64,000 bases of DNA from Azolla caroliniana (taxonomy: Eukaryota > Plantae > Polypodiophyta). The DNA lies in the NCBI GenBank assembly GCA_043228905.1, contig JBHGNT010000017.1:15376001-15440000 (forward strand), in the 5' to 3' direction. The notes beneath the pieces were generated by a model. The model worked only from the letters and a program-made list of their open reading frames with translations. It had not been told where the DNA came from and ran no database searches. Every line of letters begins with the position of its first letter. Positions within the stretch are counted from its first letter, which is position 1. The translations under genes and the position numbers were made by a program. Positions 1 to 11,039 of this stretch are shown here, piece by piece.

Positions 1-385
1 GCTTGCCGGTTGGTTCAGGTTTTGCTTACTGGCCGATTTCCGGTTTGCATACCCGTTCCGGTTCCGGTTTTGCTTACCGGCCGATTTCCGGTTTGCATAC
101 CCGTTCCGGTTCCAGTTTGCTTGCCGGCCGGTTCCGGTTTTGCTTACCGGCCGGTTTCCAGTTTTGCTTACCGGCCGATTTCCGGTTTGCATACCCGTTC
201 CGGTTCCAGTTTGCATACCCGTTCCAATTCCGGTTTTGCTTGCCGGCCGGTTCCGGTTCCGGTTTGCTTGCCGACTGGTTCCGGTATTGCATACCGACCG
301 ATTTCCGGATTGCATACCGACCGGTTTCCGGATTTGCTTACCAGACCCGTTTTCCAGATTTGCTTACCGGCCGGTTTCCAGTTTT
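1..385. repeat. Degenerate GC-rich tandem repeat (CCGGTT-rich, ~45-bp and shorter units) inside the LTR
   Basis: Recurring CCGATTTCCGGTTTGCATACCCGTTCCGGTTCC and TTTGCTTACCGGCCG blocks. Confidence 0.9.
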
Positions 386-697
386 AGGGAATTTGGCCAC
401 AATCATCCATCAAGACAAAGTGGCCAAAGTGCTCTTAGCACAAATGAAAAATGAGGGAGCTCAAGGTGTTTATATAGCTAGGGCCTTAAGTTTCCTATCT
501 ATGTGGGATAGTTCTAATTTTCCTATCTTCTCAAACTTTATTTTCACATAACTTGATATGTATTTCTCCACTTTGTATATAGTAAAATACGTTTTGAAGC
601 TCTTGAGTATATCCATCTTTCTATATTAAGATACTTATCTAATCTATAATAATTATTTCATTATTTTTTTACATAGTGTGTGAAGATTCACACGACA
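1..697. mobile_element. Partial LTR, probably of the same Gypsy lineage as C and D; continues off the left edge
   Basis: Ends ...TTCACACGACA, the same CGACA terminus as elements C and D. GC-rich repeats followed by an AT-rich block, as in the D LTR. Copia RT coding sequence resumes abruptly at 698. Confidence 0.6.
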
Positions 698-1175
698 CCG
701 GACCCCCAATGGCATACTGCTCTCAAAAAGACATTATGTGCTAAATATGTTGTACAAGTTCGGCATGACAACATGCCAACCAACCTCCACACCCCTGGAC
801 CGGATCCTGAAGCTACGTCTCGACTCCGGCCCGGCCTGTGAAGAGAAACGGTTCCGACAAATTGTCAGAAGCCTCATATACTTGACAATCACTCGACCCG
901 ACATCAGTTACCCGGTCAAAGTGATCAGGCAGTTCATGCAGAAGCCGACCGTCGAGCACCTTCAATGCGCACATAGGATACTCTTGTATTCCATGCTCGG
1001 ACAAAGCACATAGAAGTGCATTATCACTTTGTTCGTAAGCGGGTAAGTTGAACTTCAGTATGTTCACTCAAATCAACAGGTTTCCAACATCTTCACCAAG
1101 CTACTCGGATCAGACAAGTTGCAACATTTTTTGGAGATGCTCGGCATTCAACATCTCGATGTGCCACGCTTGAGG
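698..1175 (+). pseudogene. Copia RT C-terminus / RNase H remnant with internal deletion
   Basis: RTPNGILLSKRHYVLNMLYKFGM...LIYLTITRPDISY, then TKHIEVHYHFVR and NIFTKLLG; most of RNase H is missing. Confidence 0.9.
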
Positions 1176-1644
1176 GGGAAAATAGGAACGGGAACGGATA
1201 GCACCGAACAAGGAGCCGGAGAGGAAGAAAGAACCAAGGGGGAAGATGAGTAGATAAGGGAAGCCGAGCTGACCGAAGGAATCGGCACATCCGAACAAGT
1301 CAGAGAAAATGGTTGCGACGGCAGAGTCAAGAAGGACAGAGCCGACCGGAAGAAGGCCAAGACCCGGACGTGGTCCAATGTGGTGAACGGCCTATAAACG
1401 GAAGACGAATTGGAGACTACCAACTCGGACAAGAGCTGGAACGAATCAGAGGAAATTGATTTAGTTCAAGATTTGGAGAAGCCAGAACAACTAAAGGCCA
1501 AGCAGACGAGAAGTCAGCGAAAGTCGACACCAACACGAAGGAACCGATGGATCAACAAACGCCAAAATCATAGCAACGAAGGAGCTGAAATAGGTCTGTT
1601 GAGTAGACAAGCCGATCCGACCTCAAGTTGAGCTTGAGCGGGAG

Positions 1645-1796
1645 TGTTGAGCGAGCAAGCTCAACCAGATCTGGATCGATATCCGGAATGGAGAACCGGA
1701 TCGGTGTCCAAATGATATCCGGAACCAGGAGCCGGATCGAAGACCTGGATCGGATTGAAACTGGTAGGCCGTTAGAGGCCTACGGATCCATCCTAG
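1645..1796 (+). repeat. Element P 3' LTR, segment 1
   Basis: TG start after the PPT; CAAGCTCAACCAGAT and GGTAGGCCGTTAGAGG are shared with the H LTR. Confidence 0.8.
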
Positions 1797-2281
1797 TGTT
1801 AGGAAACAGGTCCCTCCGGATGGGAAGTTGAGAAGAACCGTGTTGATGAGCAACTCGGCCGAGGCCGATAGGCAACCCGGAAGGCTAAACTTGTAAATAG
1901 TCGAAAGGTTACATTAGTATATAAGCACTTAGGGAAATCATGTTAGGGGTGTGCGTTATTGTAAAGTTACTGTTGACGAGGTTGTTGCCTCCGTAACTGT
2001 GAGAGTGAACGAGTGTGAGTGGAAGCGTGTGAGCTCCATAGCCGCCTGTTGGTGAAGCAGGATCTCAAGGTCATTACCTCTGAGATCTCTGATTGTATTC
2101 CTTTCTCTCATAGTGTTCTGTTTTGGAGTTTGTGGACTCCACGTGGTTTTTTCCCAGTTCGGGTTTCCACGTTAAAATCTGTACCATTCTCAGCTTTTGT
2201 ATTCTGTTTTTCCTTTCCATTAGATTGACTATTATTCCGCACACGAGAAACCGGTTGTGGCCGGCAACGATTTAACTTTCA
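1797..2281 (+). repeat. Copia-1 5' LTR
   Basis: Direct repeat of 22228-22712, roughly 20-25 substitutions by eye. Confidence 0.97.
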
Positions 2282-2284
2282 AAC

Positions 2285-2296
2285 TGGTATCAGAGC
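2285..2296 (+). promoter_or_regulatory. Primer-binding site, initiator tRNA-Met
   Basis: TGGTATCAGAGC 3 nt after the LTR end. Confidence 0.95.
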
Positions 2297-2310
2297 GAGC
2301 AACATAGAAA

Positions 2311-3156
2311 ATGGAAGGAGGCGGGAGCGGTTTCCCAAGTATGATGGTTCTAAATTCACAGAACTATGCAAACTGGAAGATTAAGATTGAAGACCTTCTC
2401 ATTGTAAAAGACTTATACGAGCCAATCGATAGATCGGAAATACCAAAGGGGGTATTTGAGTCGGATTGGAAGCTTCTGAATAGGAAAGTCGTGGCCACTA
2501 TCCGACAGTGTGTCGACGTAAGTGTCCTTCAGCATGTGGCGAACGACACGAATGCTCACGAGATGTGGCAGAAGCTGTCAGGTCTTTATGAGAGGAAGAA
2601 TGCGCTCAACAGAACCTCATTGATGAGGAAAATAGTAAACCTGAAATACAGAGACGGCGAGAGCATGGTTGAACACGTAAGCACATTCATGGGGTATGTA
2701 AATCAACTTGCAACGATCAAGTTCCCCTTGGATGATGCAATGCAGGCAATCATGTTGATGTGTACGTTGCCGGAAAGCTGGGAGAACTTGGTGGTTACTC
2801 TCAACACCTCTTGCCAAGAAGAGAACCTGTCTTTGCAGATGGTGAAGACAACAATCCTGAACGAGGAGGCGCATCGGAAGGACAAGGAACCGATCTCCAA
2901 CTCAAAAGCACTCCTTTCCAAATCGGAACGTGGAAGACAAAGGAACCAGAGTCCCCAGAGCCAGGAAAAATCGGGGACACGATCAAAGTCCAAGGGGAGG
3001 CCCACGTGCTTCTACTGCGGGAAGCAGGGGCACTTCCAGAAGAACTGTTGGCATTTTCGGAAAGACAAGGAAACCGATAGTACCGATTCGAAGAAGTCAC
3101 CGGAACGAAACGGTGCTTACCGGGTAGCCACGGACCGAAACGGTTCGGATCGGTGA
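2311..3156 (+). CDS. gag: Copia Gag with CCHC zinc knuckle
   Basis: LNSQNYANWKIKIEDLL..., TLPESWENLV, CFYCGKQGHFQKNC. Confidence 0.9.
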   Translation: MEGGGSGFPSMMVLNSQNYANWKIKIEDLLIVKDLYEPIDRSEIPKGVFESDWKLLNRKVVATIRQCVDVSVLQHVANDTNAHEMWQKLSGLYERKNALNRTSLMRKIVNLKYRDGESMVEHVSTFMGYVNQLATIKFPLDDAMQAIMLMCTLPESWENLVVTLNTSCQEENLSLQMVKTTILNEEAHRKDKEPISNSKALLSKSERGRQRNQSPQSQEKSGTRSKSKGRPTCFYCGKQGHFQKNCWHFRKDKETDSTDSKKSPERNGAYRVATDRNGSDR

Positions 3157-6130
3157 GCGCAGGACCGAAAAGGAACAACGACAATCGCGGCAAGTGAAGA
3201 GGAGCTAATGCTCATCACCGAGGAGAGTGAACTGAACATTGCCGGCGACGAGATGACCTGGGTGGTCGATTCCTGAGCGTCATTCCACCTGACCCCGAAT
3301 AGAAAATGCTTCTCATCCTACTCGGCCGGTGACCGCGGCCGTGTTTGAATGGGGAATGAAGGTACATGCCGAATTGGCGGCATAGGAGATGTGTGGTTGA
3401 AATCATCAACCAGATGCAAGATGTTGCTAAATGATGTCCGACACATTCCGGAGGTTCGACTGAACCTGATATCAGCCGGTCGACTGGATGATGACGGCTA
3501 CACGGGTAGCATCTGGAACGGTGTCATGAAGTTCAGCAAAGGGAGCTTGATAGTGGCTCGGGCCCGAAAAGTCAACACCATGTACCTATTGAATGCATGG
3601 CTATGTCCGGAAGAAGTGAATGTGGCATCCGACACTGCCGGTGAGTTGTGGTACAAGAGATTGTGTCACATGAGCAAGAAGGGGATGAAGAGGCTTGCCG
3701 ATGACAACCTCATTCCAGTGAAGAATGTGCATCTTTAGAGGTGCACCAACTGCCTGGCTGATAAGCAAAACCGGACCTCCTTCCGCTCAAGGCCACCGAT
3801 GAGACGTAATGCACCACTGGAATTGGTGCATACTGATGTGTGTCAAGTGGACACGAAGTCACATGCCAGATCGCAGTACTTCGTGACGTTCATAGACGTT
3901 CAAAGAGCTCCATGCGAGAGTGGAAAGAGAAACTGACTGGAAGCTGAAGGCGGTTCAAGCAAATAACGGAGGAGAATACTGGGGGCAGTTCGAGGAGTAC
4001 TATCGCTCGAAGGGAATCCGACTCGAATTTACCGTGCCGAAGACGCCGGAACTAAACGAGCTGGCCAATAGGATGAACCGGACCATAATGGAGAGGGTCC
4101 GGAGTATGCTGGCGCATGCAAAATTACCCAAGAGGTTTTGGGTTGAGGCACTATTGACGGCAACATATGTGATAAACAGATCACCCTCAATACCCTTGGA
4201 CGGGGACACGCCGCAGAGAGTCTGGACCAGTAAGGAAGTGTCCTACCAGCATCTGAAGGTATTCGGGTGTCTTGCGTACGTGCATGTAGCTAAGGACCGG
4301 AGAGGAAAGTTAGATCCGAAGACTCGGCCATGCATATTCCTTGGTTACGACGACGATGAGTTCAGCTACCGAGTGTGGGACCTGGTCGACAAGAAGGTAT
4401 TCCGGAGTCGAGATATTATCTTCATGGAGGACAAGACGCTCGCCGACTGCGAGTCGGAGAAGAAGATAATGAACTCTGAGTCGACCGGTAAGGATCGATT
4501 CTACGATGAGTTGACCCAACCGGCAAGAGACCGGTTAGCACTCGAGGAACCAGTCGTTTACGGTGAGGATACCGAACTAGCAGAAGAAGTAGTAGAGGAA
4601 GCTGAAACCGGAACCGGCCAAGACCCCGAATCGGATTCGGATGAAGATCAAATAGTGGAGCCGGTTGCCCAAGGCCAAAGACGGAGATATCCTCTCAGAG
4701 AGAGAACGGCCCCCCGAAGATTTCCGGATTTAGAGCATGTGCTGCTGACCGATGAGGGAGAGCCGGAAAGCTTCGAAGAAGTGAAGGATGACGACCAGAA
4801 AGTATTCTGGAGTCGGGATATTATCTTCATGGAGGACAAGAGGCTCGCCGACTAGGAGTCAGAGAAGAAGATAATGAACTCCGAGTCGACCGGTAAGGAA
4901 AAATTTCGATTTGATGAAATGCAGTTCCAACCGGCAAGAAGTCGGTTAGCACTCAATGAACCAGCCGGTGACGGTGAGGAGACAAAACCGGCTGAAGAAG
5001 AAGAAAGAATAGGTGAAACCGAAACCGGACAAGACCTCGAATCAGATTCGGATGAAGAGCAAATGGAGGAGCCGGTTACCGAAGCCCAAGGACGCAGATA
5101 TCCTCTCAGAGAGAGAAGGGGCCCCCGGAGATTTCCGGATCCAAAGCACATGTTGCTAACCGATGAGGGGGAGCCAGAAAGCTTCGAGGAAGCTAAAAGT
5201 GACGCCCATAGCCGCAAATGGTTAAGTGCCATGCAGGATGAGATGGATTCCCTGCATGAGAACCATACGTACAAATTGGTGGAGTTGCTGAAAGGAAAGC
5301 GGGCACTCTGAAACAAGTGGGTGTAAAAGTTGAAACCGGGAGATGCCGGCAACCCCCCGACATACAAAGCCAGGATCATGGTGAAGCGGATCTAACAGAA
5401 GAAGGGCGTGGACTTCGACGAGATATTTTCCCCGGTAGTAAAGATGACTTCCATCCAGACGGTGCTGAGTATAGCGGCAAGCATGGACCTCGAGGTAGAG
5501 CAGCTGGACGTGAAGACGACATTCCTTCACGGTGACCTCGAAGAGATCTATATGCAGCAACCGGAAGGATTCATGGAGAAAGGGAAGGAGCACCTGGTTT
5601 GCCGGTTGAAGAAGAGCCTGTATGGACTGAAGCAAGCTCCCCGACTCCTTCATGACCGACCAAGGGTATCACAAAACGCAAACCGATCACTGCGTGTTTG
5701 TGAAGAAGTTCTAAGGAAGAGACTTTCTGATACTCCTTCTGTACGTGGACGACATGTTGATCGTCGGATGGGACCAAGCCAAAATATGGATGCTAAAGAA
5801 GGCTCTCAACCGAACTTTCTCAATGAAAGACTTGGGCCCGGCAAGACAGATACTGGGGATGCACATCATCCGAGACCGGTCAAAGAAGCAATTGTGGTTG
5901 TCATAGGAGAAATGCATGACAAATGTGCTTCAGCGGTTCAACATGTTAGAAGCGAAACCGGTCGGATCGACACTGTCGGAAAACTGCAGATTATCCGGTA
6001 AGCAAAGCCCGAAGACGAAAGCAAAGAAGGCGAATATGATGAAGGTTCCATATGCTTCTACCATCGGGAGCTTAATGTATGCAATGGTGTGTACTCGACC
6101 GGATATTGGATACGCAATCGGAGTGGTGAG
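3157..6130 (+). pseudogene. pol: Copia-1 pol (protease, integrase, RT), disrupted
   Basis: WVVDS protease motif, LWYKRLCHMS, KTPELNELANRMNRT, LEVEQLDVKTTFLHGDL, YVDDML; several stops, deletions and a ~410-bp internal duplication. Confidence 0.95.
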
Positions 6131-6450
6131 TGTTACCCGTAGGAGTTGTACAGGGCGGTATACGGGTAAAACACGTTAAAGGGGTTGTTTGGTATGTGTA
6201 ATGTATATGAGTGTGAGGATGAGTATGTGTGAGCACATGCACAATTATGTGCATGTGACAAGAATGTAATGGTCTCTTTTTGTAACGAACATATTATTTA
6301 CCGTTACATTATGTATTATATAAACCCCTTATGGGGCATGTAATGAGAGATAGTTTTTTCCGCTCTCATTTGGCGTCATTTCCTATTTGTCTTTCTCTCT
6401 TGCTCTCTCTCTAACTTACCCCCTTGGGAGGGGGGTGAAGCCATTCAACA
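6131..6450 (+). repeat. Element N left LTR
   Basis: TGTTACCCGTAGG...CCATTCAACA; lacks 23 bp present near the end of the right LTR. Confidence 0.93.
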
Positions 6451-6454
6451 CTTT

Positions 6455-6473
6455 TGGCACGCCCGAACGGACT
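6455..6473 (+). promoter_or_regulatory. PBS-like site, tRNA-Arg type
   Basis: TGGCACGCCCGAACGGACT 4 nt after the LTR end; TGGCACGCC matches the tRNA-Arg-type PBS known from plant Tat-group elements. Confidence 0.75.
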
Positions 6474-6584
6474 TCCTTTGAGAGGAAGTCACTCCCTCCC
6501 TCACCACGTCTCTGCGTTTCTGAATATGTGTGTGTGTCTCTCTCTCCATCTGCCTTGTTCTACTATTTCTTGGTATTTGCAATC

Positions 6585-6693
6585 ATGGGGCAGGAGAAGA
6601 TACATATAAGAGATGTTGCTTTTGGCCATGGGTGATGCGGGAAAGTCCACAACAACTGGCCATGGTAACAGTGACAAGCGTGTGATTGAGAGG
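6585..6693 (+). pseudogene. EF1A: Captured fragment of translation elongation factor 1-alpha (N-terminus, P-loop)
   Basis: [15 protein letters not shown] / [17 protein letters not shown] versus eEF1A [41 protein letters not shown]; one frameshift and a short deletion. Confidence 0.88.
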
Positions 6694-6859
6694 AACTATC
6701 TCTCTCTCTCTCTCTCTCTCTCTTTGTGTCTTTCTGTTGTAGGATACACTCCCCCTCTCTCACTTTCCCTCTCCATCACTAATCTCTCTCTTTCCCTCTC
6801 TCTGTGTCTGCCAATCTTTGTGTTAAAAGAGTGTGGTTTTGTGCGTGTATTGTCTGTGT

Positions 6860-7100
6860 GGGAGCCAGCCAACAATGGAGATCTCAACACTGCCTATGAA
6901 GCTTGACAAGCAAAAGAAATGGTTGGAATCACAGTCTCGATATGGAGTATGCCTTGAGAAGAAGATTAGAGACACTATGCAACAATGTTTAGCATACAAG
7001 GAACAAGCAAGAATAAACCAAGATGCATGTACAGATCTGGTTGCAAGACTTGACTCTCAAAGAAAGATTTGTGATCTAGCTGAGGAGAAGCTGAAGGGAC
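6860..7100 (+). pseudogene. Probable captured fragment of a host coiled-coil protein gene
   Basis: KLDKQKKWLESQSRYGVCLEKKIRDTMQQCLAYKEQARINQDACTDLVARLDSQRKICDLAEEKL looks protein-like with heptad character and has no TE motif. Confidence 0.5.
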
Positions 7101-8694
7101 TGACGAAAGAAGCACCCAAAATTCTTGTAGAGAACTGGTTTCAGGTTCTATTACACAACCCTTAGGAGATGGAGAGATGTCATATTGAAAATCATCAGCA
7201 TATGAAGACATGGGACCATGAGTTTCTCATGAAGAAAGGGAATACTGTCAATGGGATTCTCAAGAAACTCAGATTTAGCCAAGAAGATCTGGTGAGATGA
7301 GAGGAACGGTACGCTCTTGCCACAAGAAAGATCTAGACACAGTCACCAACAACATATGGTCAGTGCAGCGCATCCCCGACCACCACATTAGGCACCAAAT
7401 CATCTTACTTGGTAAGTCATTACGAGAAGTAGAGGCCAGTATCTTGTGAGAGGAGCATTGCAATGAAGCCTCAAGGTGCTCTTCATAATCAGAAGATGAG
7501 GCAACAACCAATGCAAAGGCAAGAAGAATCTTCCGTGGCCACAATACTTTCTAGGAAGAGGTCGATGAGTGGTGCTGGGGGGACAATCGACGTCCGTATG
7601 ATAGAGCCATTCGGCGGCAACGGAGACAGCCGAACGACCGGCCGGTATAGAGTGGGCCAGTGGGCAGGCAGCCGACAAAGACAACGACGGCCAGATAGAA
7701 ATGACCGGCGAACGACGAAGAAGCTGACGGTGACAGCGATGGCAAATAGAGACATTGGCCGACAGACAGCCGCCGCCAACGATGACCGATGAACGGTGAC
7801 AGCCTGCATACGACAACAGAGACAACCCACGGAGAGGACCGAAAGAAGAGGAATATTGCGGATGATGCCGATAGAGACAGTGGCGGAGATGGCCGGAATG
7901 GCCAACCAACCGATGGTTGGACAGTGGCCGCAGCTGCAGCGGTCAGATGTGCCGGAATAGCTGAACAATGGCCAGAGTGGCGGCAATCGAACAAAGGCGA
8001 TTGTAGAACAGTGGCCAAGAGTACGGCCAAGAGAGGCACGACCGAGACGCGCAGTCGAGAGAGTACGGCCGAGACGCGTGACCAAGAGAAGGGCCGAGTG
8101 ACGGCCACGAAGACACAGACAGAGATGAAAACAGAAAGCAGAAGAAGAGAAGAATGCAGAAGAAAGAAAAGAAAGAAGAAAAAGAGGAGACAGAAGGAAA
8201 CGAAGAAAGAGAAGAGAAGAGGGGGTATGAAGAGAAAATTTCAGAAACATATAAGGGCAGAGAAGATGAAATTTCAAAAGCTCAAGGGCATGACGTGAGA
8301 TTTCAAAAAGTGGAGGGCAGAATGCAGAATTTCGAAAACTCAAGGGCCAAAAATAAAATTTGAAAAAAAAAAAAACAAAAAAACTTGAGGGTAAAATTTT
8401 TAGAGACCAAGGGTACAAAATACAAAGCTCAATTCACATGACGAAACTGAAAAATACACATACATGTAACAGAATCATGAAAGGTCCATGCCGCAATGGG
8501 GGAGCCAATTGGTGTGTGATCCAATTGAGCGACATACTGACCGAACGAGAAGGTTCGAGTCAAGCAATGCTCCGATCGAAGTTATCGATCGTAGAGCTAT
8601 GATCCGGTCAATAGATTTCCGACCGTTGAGACGACCGATGGAGTTCCGGTTGTTAATAGTTCCCATGGCGAGTGGGTTCACCGTGCGATGCACT

Positions 8695-8711
8695 GTCCCA
8701 CAGGCGTGCCA
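8695..8711 (-). promoter_or_regulatory. Second, inverted tRNA-Arg-type PBS in the position of the PPT
   Basis: Plus strand GTCCCACAGGCGTGCCA (a tRNA 3' end with CCA), 2 nt before the right LTR; minus strand reads TGGCACGCCTGTGGGAC. Confidence 0.8.
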
Positions 8712-8713
8712 TG

Positions 8714-8759
8714 TGTTACCCGTAGGAGTTGTACAGGGCCGTATATGGGTAAAACACTT
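8714..8759 (+). repeat. Element N right LTR, segment 1
   Basis: Matches 6131-6176; interrupted by element C. Confidence 0.92.
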
Positions 8760-9375
8760 TGTCGTGAAGAAAACCGTCCCTTGGCGCAATCGGTGCATAG
8801 CAGGCGTGAACCGGCTCTTCACGTGTGCGCGCCCTTAATGTATATAATAGGGAATTAAGTACGAAGGCATATCCGGGTAGTTAGATTCGGTAGGTAGGAA
8901 GTAAATGAGGGAGACGGCTCCCTTCTGGATGATATAAAGGAGAGGCAGACGCAGGGAGAAGGGATCGCGCATTGAGGAGGACGAAGTGCTGTCGGACCGG
9001 AACCGAACGCTTCTCCTCTGTCTGTTCTCTGTTGCTCTTCTCTGGAGGTTTCGTGAGGCTTGCGCTGCTTCGAGGAACGCCCGTGTGCTTCCAGCAGCAC
9101 CTCCATCCTATCCCCTTTTCGTGCGCAGACGAACAGGCATCGACATCTGTTCGCCGGCCTGTTCGGTTGTAACTGCTCACGTGTTCTGTTGTGTACTTGT
9201 TATTCGTTAATATACAAACACTTGTGCCTCCCTGTCTCTGTGTCCATTCGCGTCTTCTGTGTTGACGGGCCGCGCCCCTGTGTTTCTTTGTGCATACGTG
9301 ACCGGGCGTCTCTCTCTTTCTCTTTCCCCTTCTATCACCTGCTCTTCGGTTCAAGACCCCGGTGGTCCCGCGACA
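8760..9375 (+). repeat. Element C 5' LTR
   Basis: Direct repeat of 20676-21322, with ~16 substitutions by eye and a 31-bp deletion near its end. Confidence 0.95.
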
Positions 9376-9379
9376 TATT

Positions 9380-9397
9380 TGGTGAACCCGACGTGAA
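9380..9397 (+). promoter_or_regulatory. Primer-binding site, tRNA-Trp
   Basis: TGGTGAACCCGACGTGAA is complementary to the plant tRNA-Trp 3' end (..TTCACGTCGGGTTCACCA). Confidence 0.9.
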
Positions 9398-9419
9398 ACA
9401 GGTGGCAGAGGAGCAGAAG

Positions 9420-10128
9420 ATGAGGGGGTCAGATCTTGCAGAGGCCATGGCTTCGGCCGTGGACCGGATAGTGAGCGCGCGCGAGGGCACCGACGCCCTT
9501 GACAGGGCTATTGAGGCGATCGTCGGTGTGATCGGCCGGTTCAGTGGAAAGGATGCCACGAGTTATTTGGCGTCCTACCGGGCGGAGATGTTGGTGATGG
9601 ATATTCCGGAAGAGAGGCGTCTTGCCGGATTCCCTCGAGTGGCGATGTCGGGCATCCATGCGGAGGTGCTCGAGGTCCGGGCGGAGAGCCGGACCTGGGA
9701 AGAGGAGAAATACGGGCTGGATGACGCGCTTCGACTTTTGAAGCGGAGCTTCATGGAGTGGGTGGAGTCCCCCAACAAAGGAAGAAATGCGTCGGTACTC
9801 CTCCAGGAGTTTGAGGAACGCTTTGCGCGCCTTTCGGCGCTCGATCGGACCGTTCTGGACACAAGTCGTGTCCTACTGTTTGTCAAATCGGTTGACGCAC
9901 GGGATCGGGGGCAAGTTGGCTCCTTACTGGAAACCGAAGACGGGTTGAAGACCGACTGGGCCGTGGTAAAGAGAGTCTGCGGCCGTTTTGACAAACGGTG
10001 GGAGTGGGCTGATACAGAGGCGACCGGGGCGGGACCTGTCGCAGCAAGGAAGCTCGAACAAATACCGCAGGCGCGAAGGGAAGAGACCTGGGAGTGGCTC
10101 GAAACAAGTTCGTCTTCGACCGGCGTGA
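9420..10128 (+). pseudogene. gag: Element C gag, N-terminal part
   Basis: GRFSGKDATSYLASYRAEM is homologous to D gag GQFDGRNVTKFLDAYRREM; cut by E at 10128. Confidence 0.85.
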
Positions 10129-10602
10129 TGTTATGTACACATAACGTTGGTGAGGGTAGGTCTCTAATATTTACATTAGTGAAGGGTATGTTCACTATTA
10201 TTAAAAAGGGGACTAATGATTGGATAGAATGAATGATATGTGCATGCACTATCATGACTTAGACAACCAATGAATAGAGAGCCTTTTAGAAAGGCACATC
10301 TATTCAAGGGGCCTAGGAAAAGGTATAAATATGAGGCTTAGCTACCCTCATAGAGATCATCACGTCGGAAGGCTGTTGTCGTAGACACCGGTGGTGCGGG
10401 CTAGGCTTTCGTCTCGACGATCGTGTTTATCTCTTCCAAGGTATTAGTCATCCTAATATCCGGCGGTATGGGACGTCGGTGGTAGGTTGGCTATGTCTAG
10501 ATCATAGCTCGGGGGTGGTCGGGTGGAACGGGTTCTTATATCCAATCTATTTTCTTCCTTTTTACTTGATTTGGTCTATTGATTAGTAATAGACTCTTAA
10601 CA
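10129..10602 (+). repeat. Element E 5' LTR
   Basis: TGTTATG...TTAACA, direct repeat of 16772-17245. Confidence 0.97.
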
Positions 10603-10603
10603 G

Positions 10604-10615
10604 TGGTATCAGAGC
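10604..10615 (+). promoter_or_regulatory. Primer-binding site, initiator tRNA-Met
   Basis: TGGTATCAGAGC. Confidence 0.95.
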
Positions 10616-11039
10616 TTTTACTAACAATTTTTTTGTTGTTTTGATGTTTTTTGCGTGTGAGCGAGGGGGATCTAACAAGGCTCGTCATGCTCTTCTCAGG
10701 ATCAAAACAACACTCTAAACCCGGTATTCTTCTTTTTTGATCTCTTCTCTTTTTCTATTATGCGTTCTTTATGGTCGAATCAAATTGGTATTACGTTTTA
10801 TTCTCTTTCTTTCTACCTCCTACTACGCTACGATTTTACTTATTATTATGCATCGGGCCGAGCGTGTTTGCACTAATCGCACACGCTCAACTCATGGCCT
10901 TTTGCATATTGCGATATATATCTCACTCTCTCCTCTCTTGAACTCTTATGATAATAATTATTCTTGTGCATTGGGTCGAGCGTGTTTGCTCTAATCGCAC
11001 ACGCTTATCTCATGGCCGTTTTGCATATGATGTTGAGTA

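Noticed and set aside
3-551. Overlapping ORFs at the window start
   Set aside because: Translations of a GC-rich tandem repeat.
6585-6693. Intact EF1A gene
   Set aside because: Only ~35 codons, frameshifted, with no downstream exons, and inside a TE.
7400-8418. Long ORFs in element N (309, 185 and 169 aa)
   Set aside because: Low-complexity GA/GC-rich sequence open on both strands, with no recognisable domain.
8776-8835. tRNA-like start (TGGCGCAATCGG) in the C LTR
   Set aside because: A-box-like only; no B box or T arm follows.
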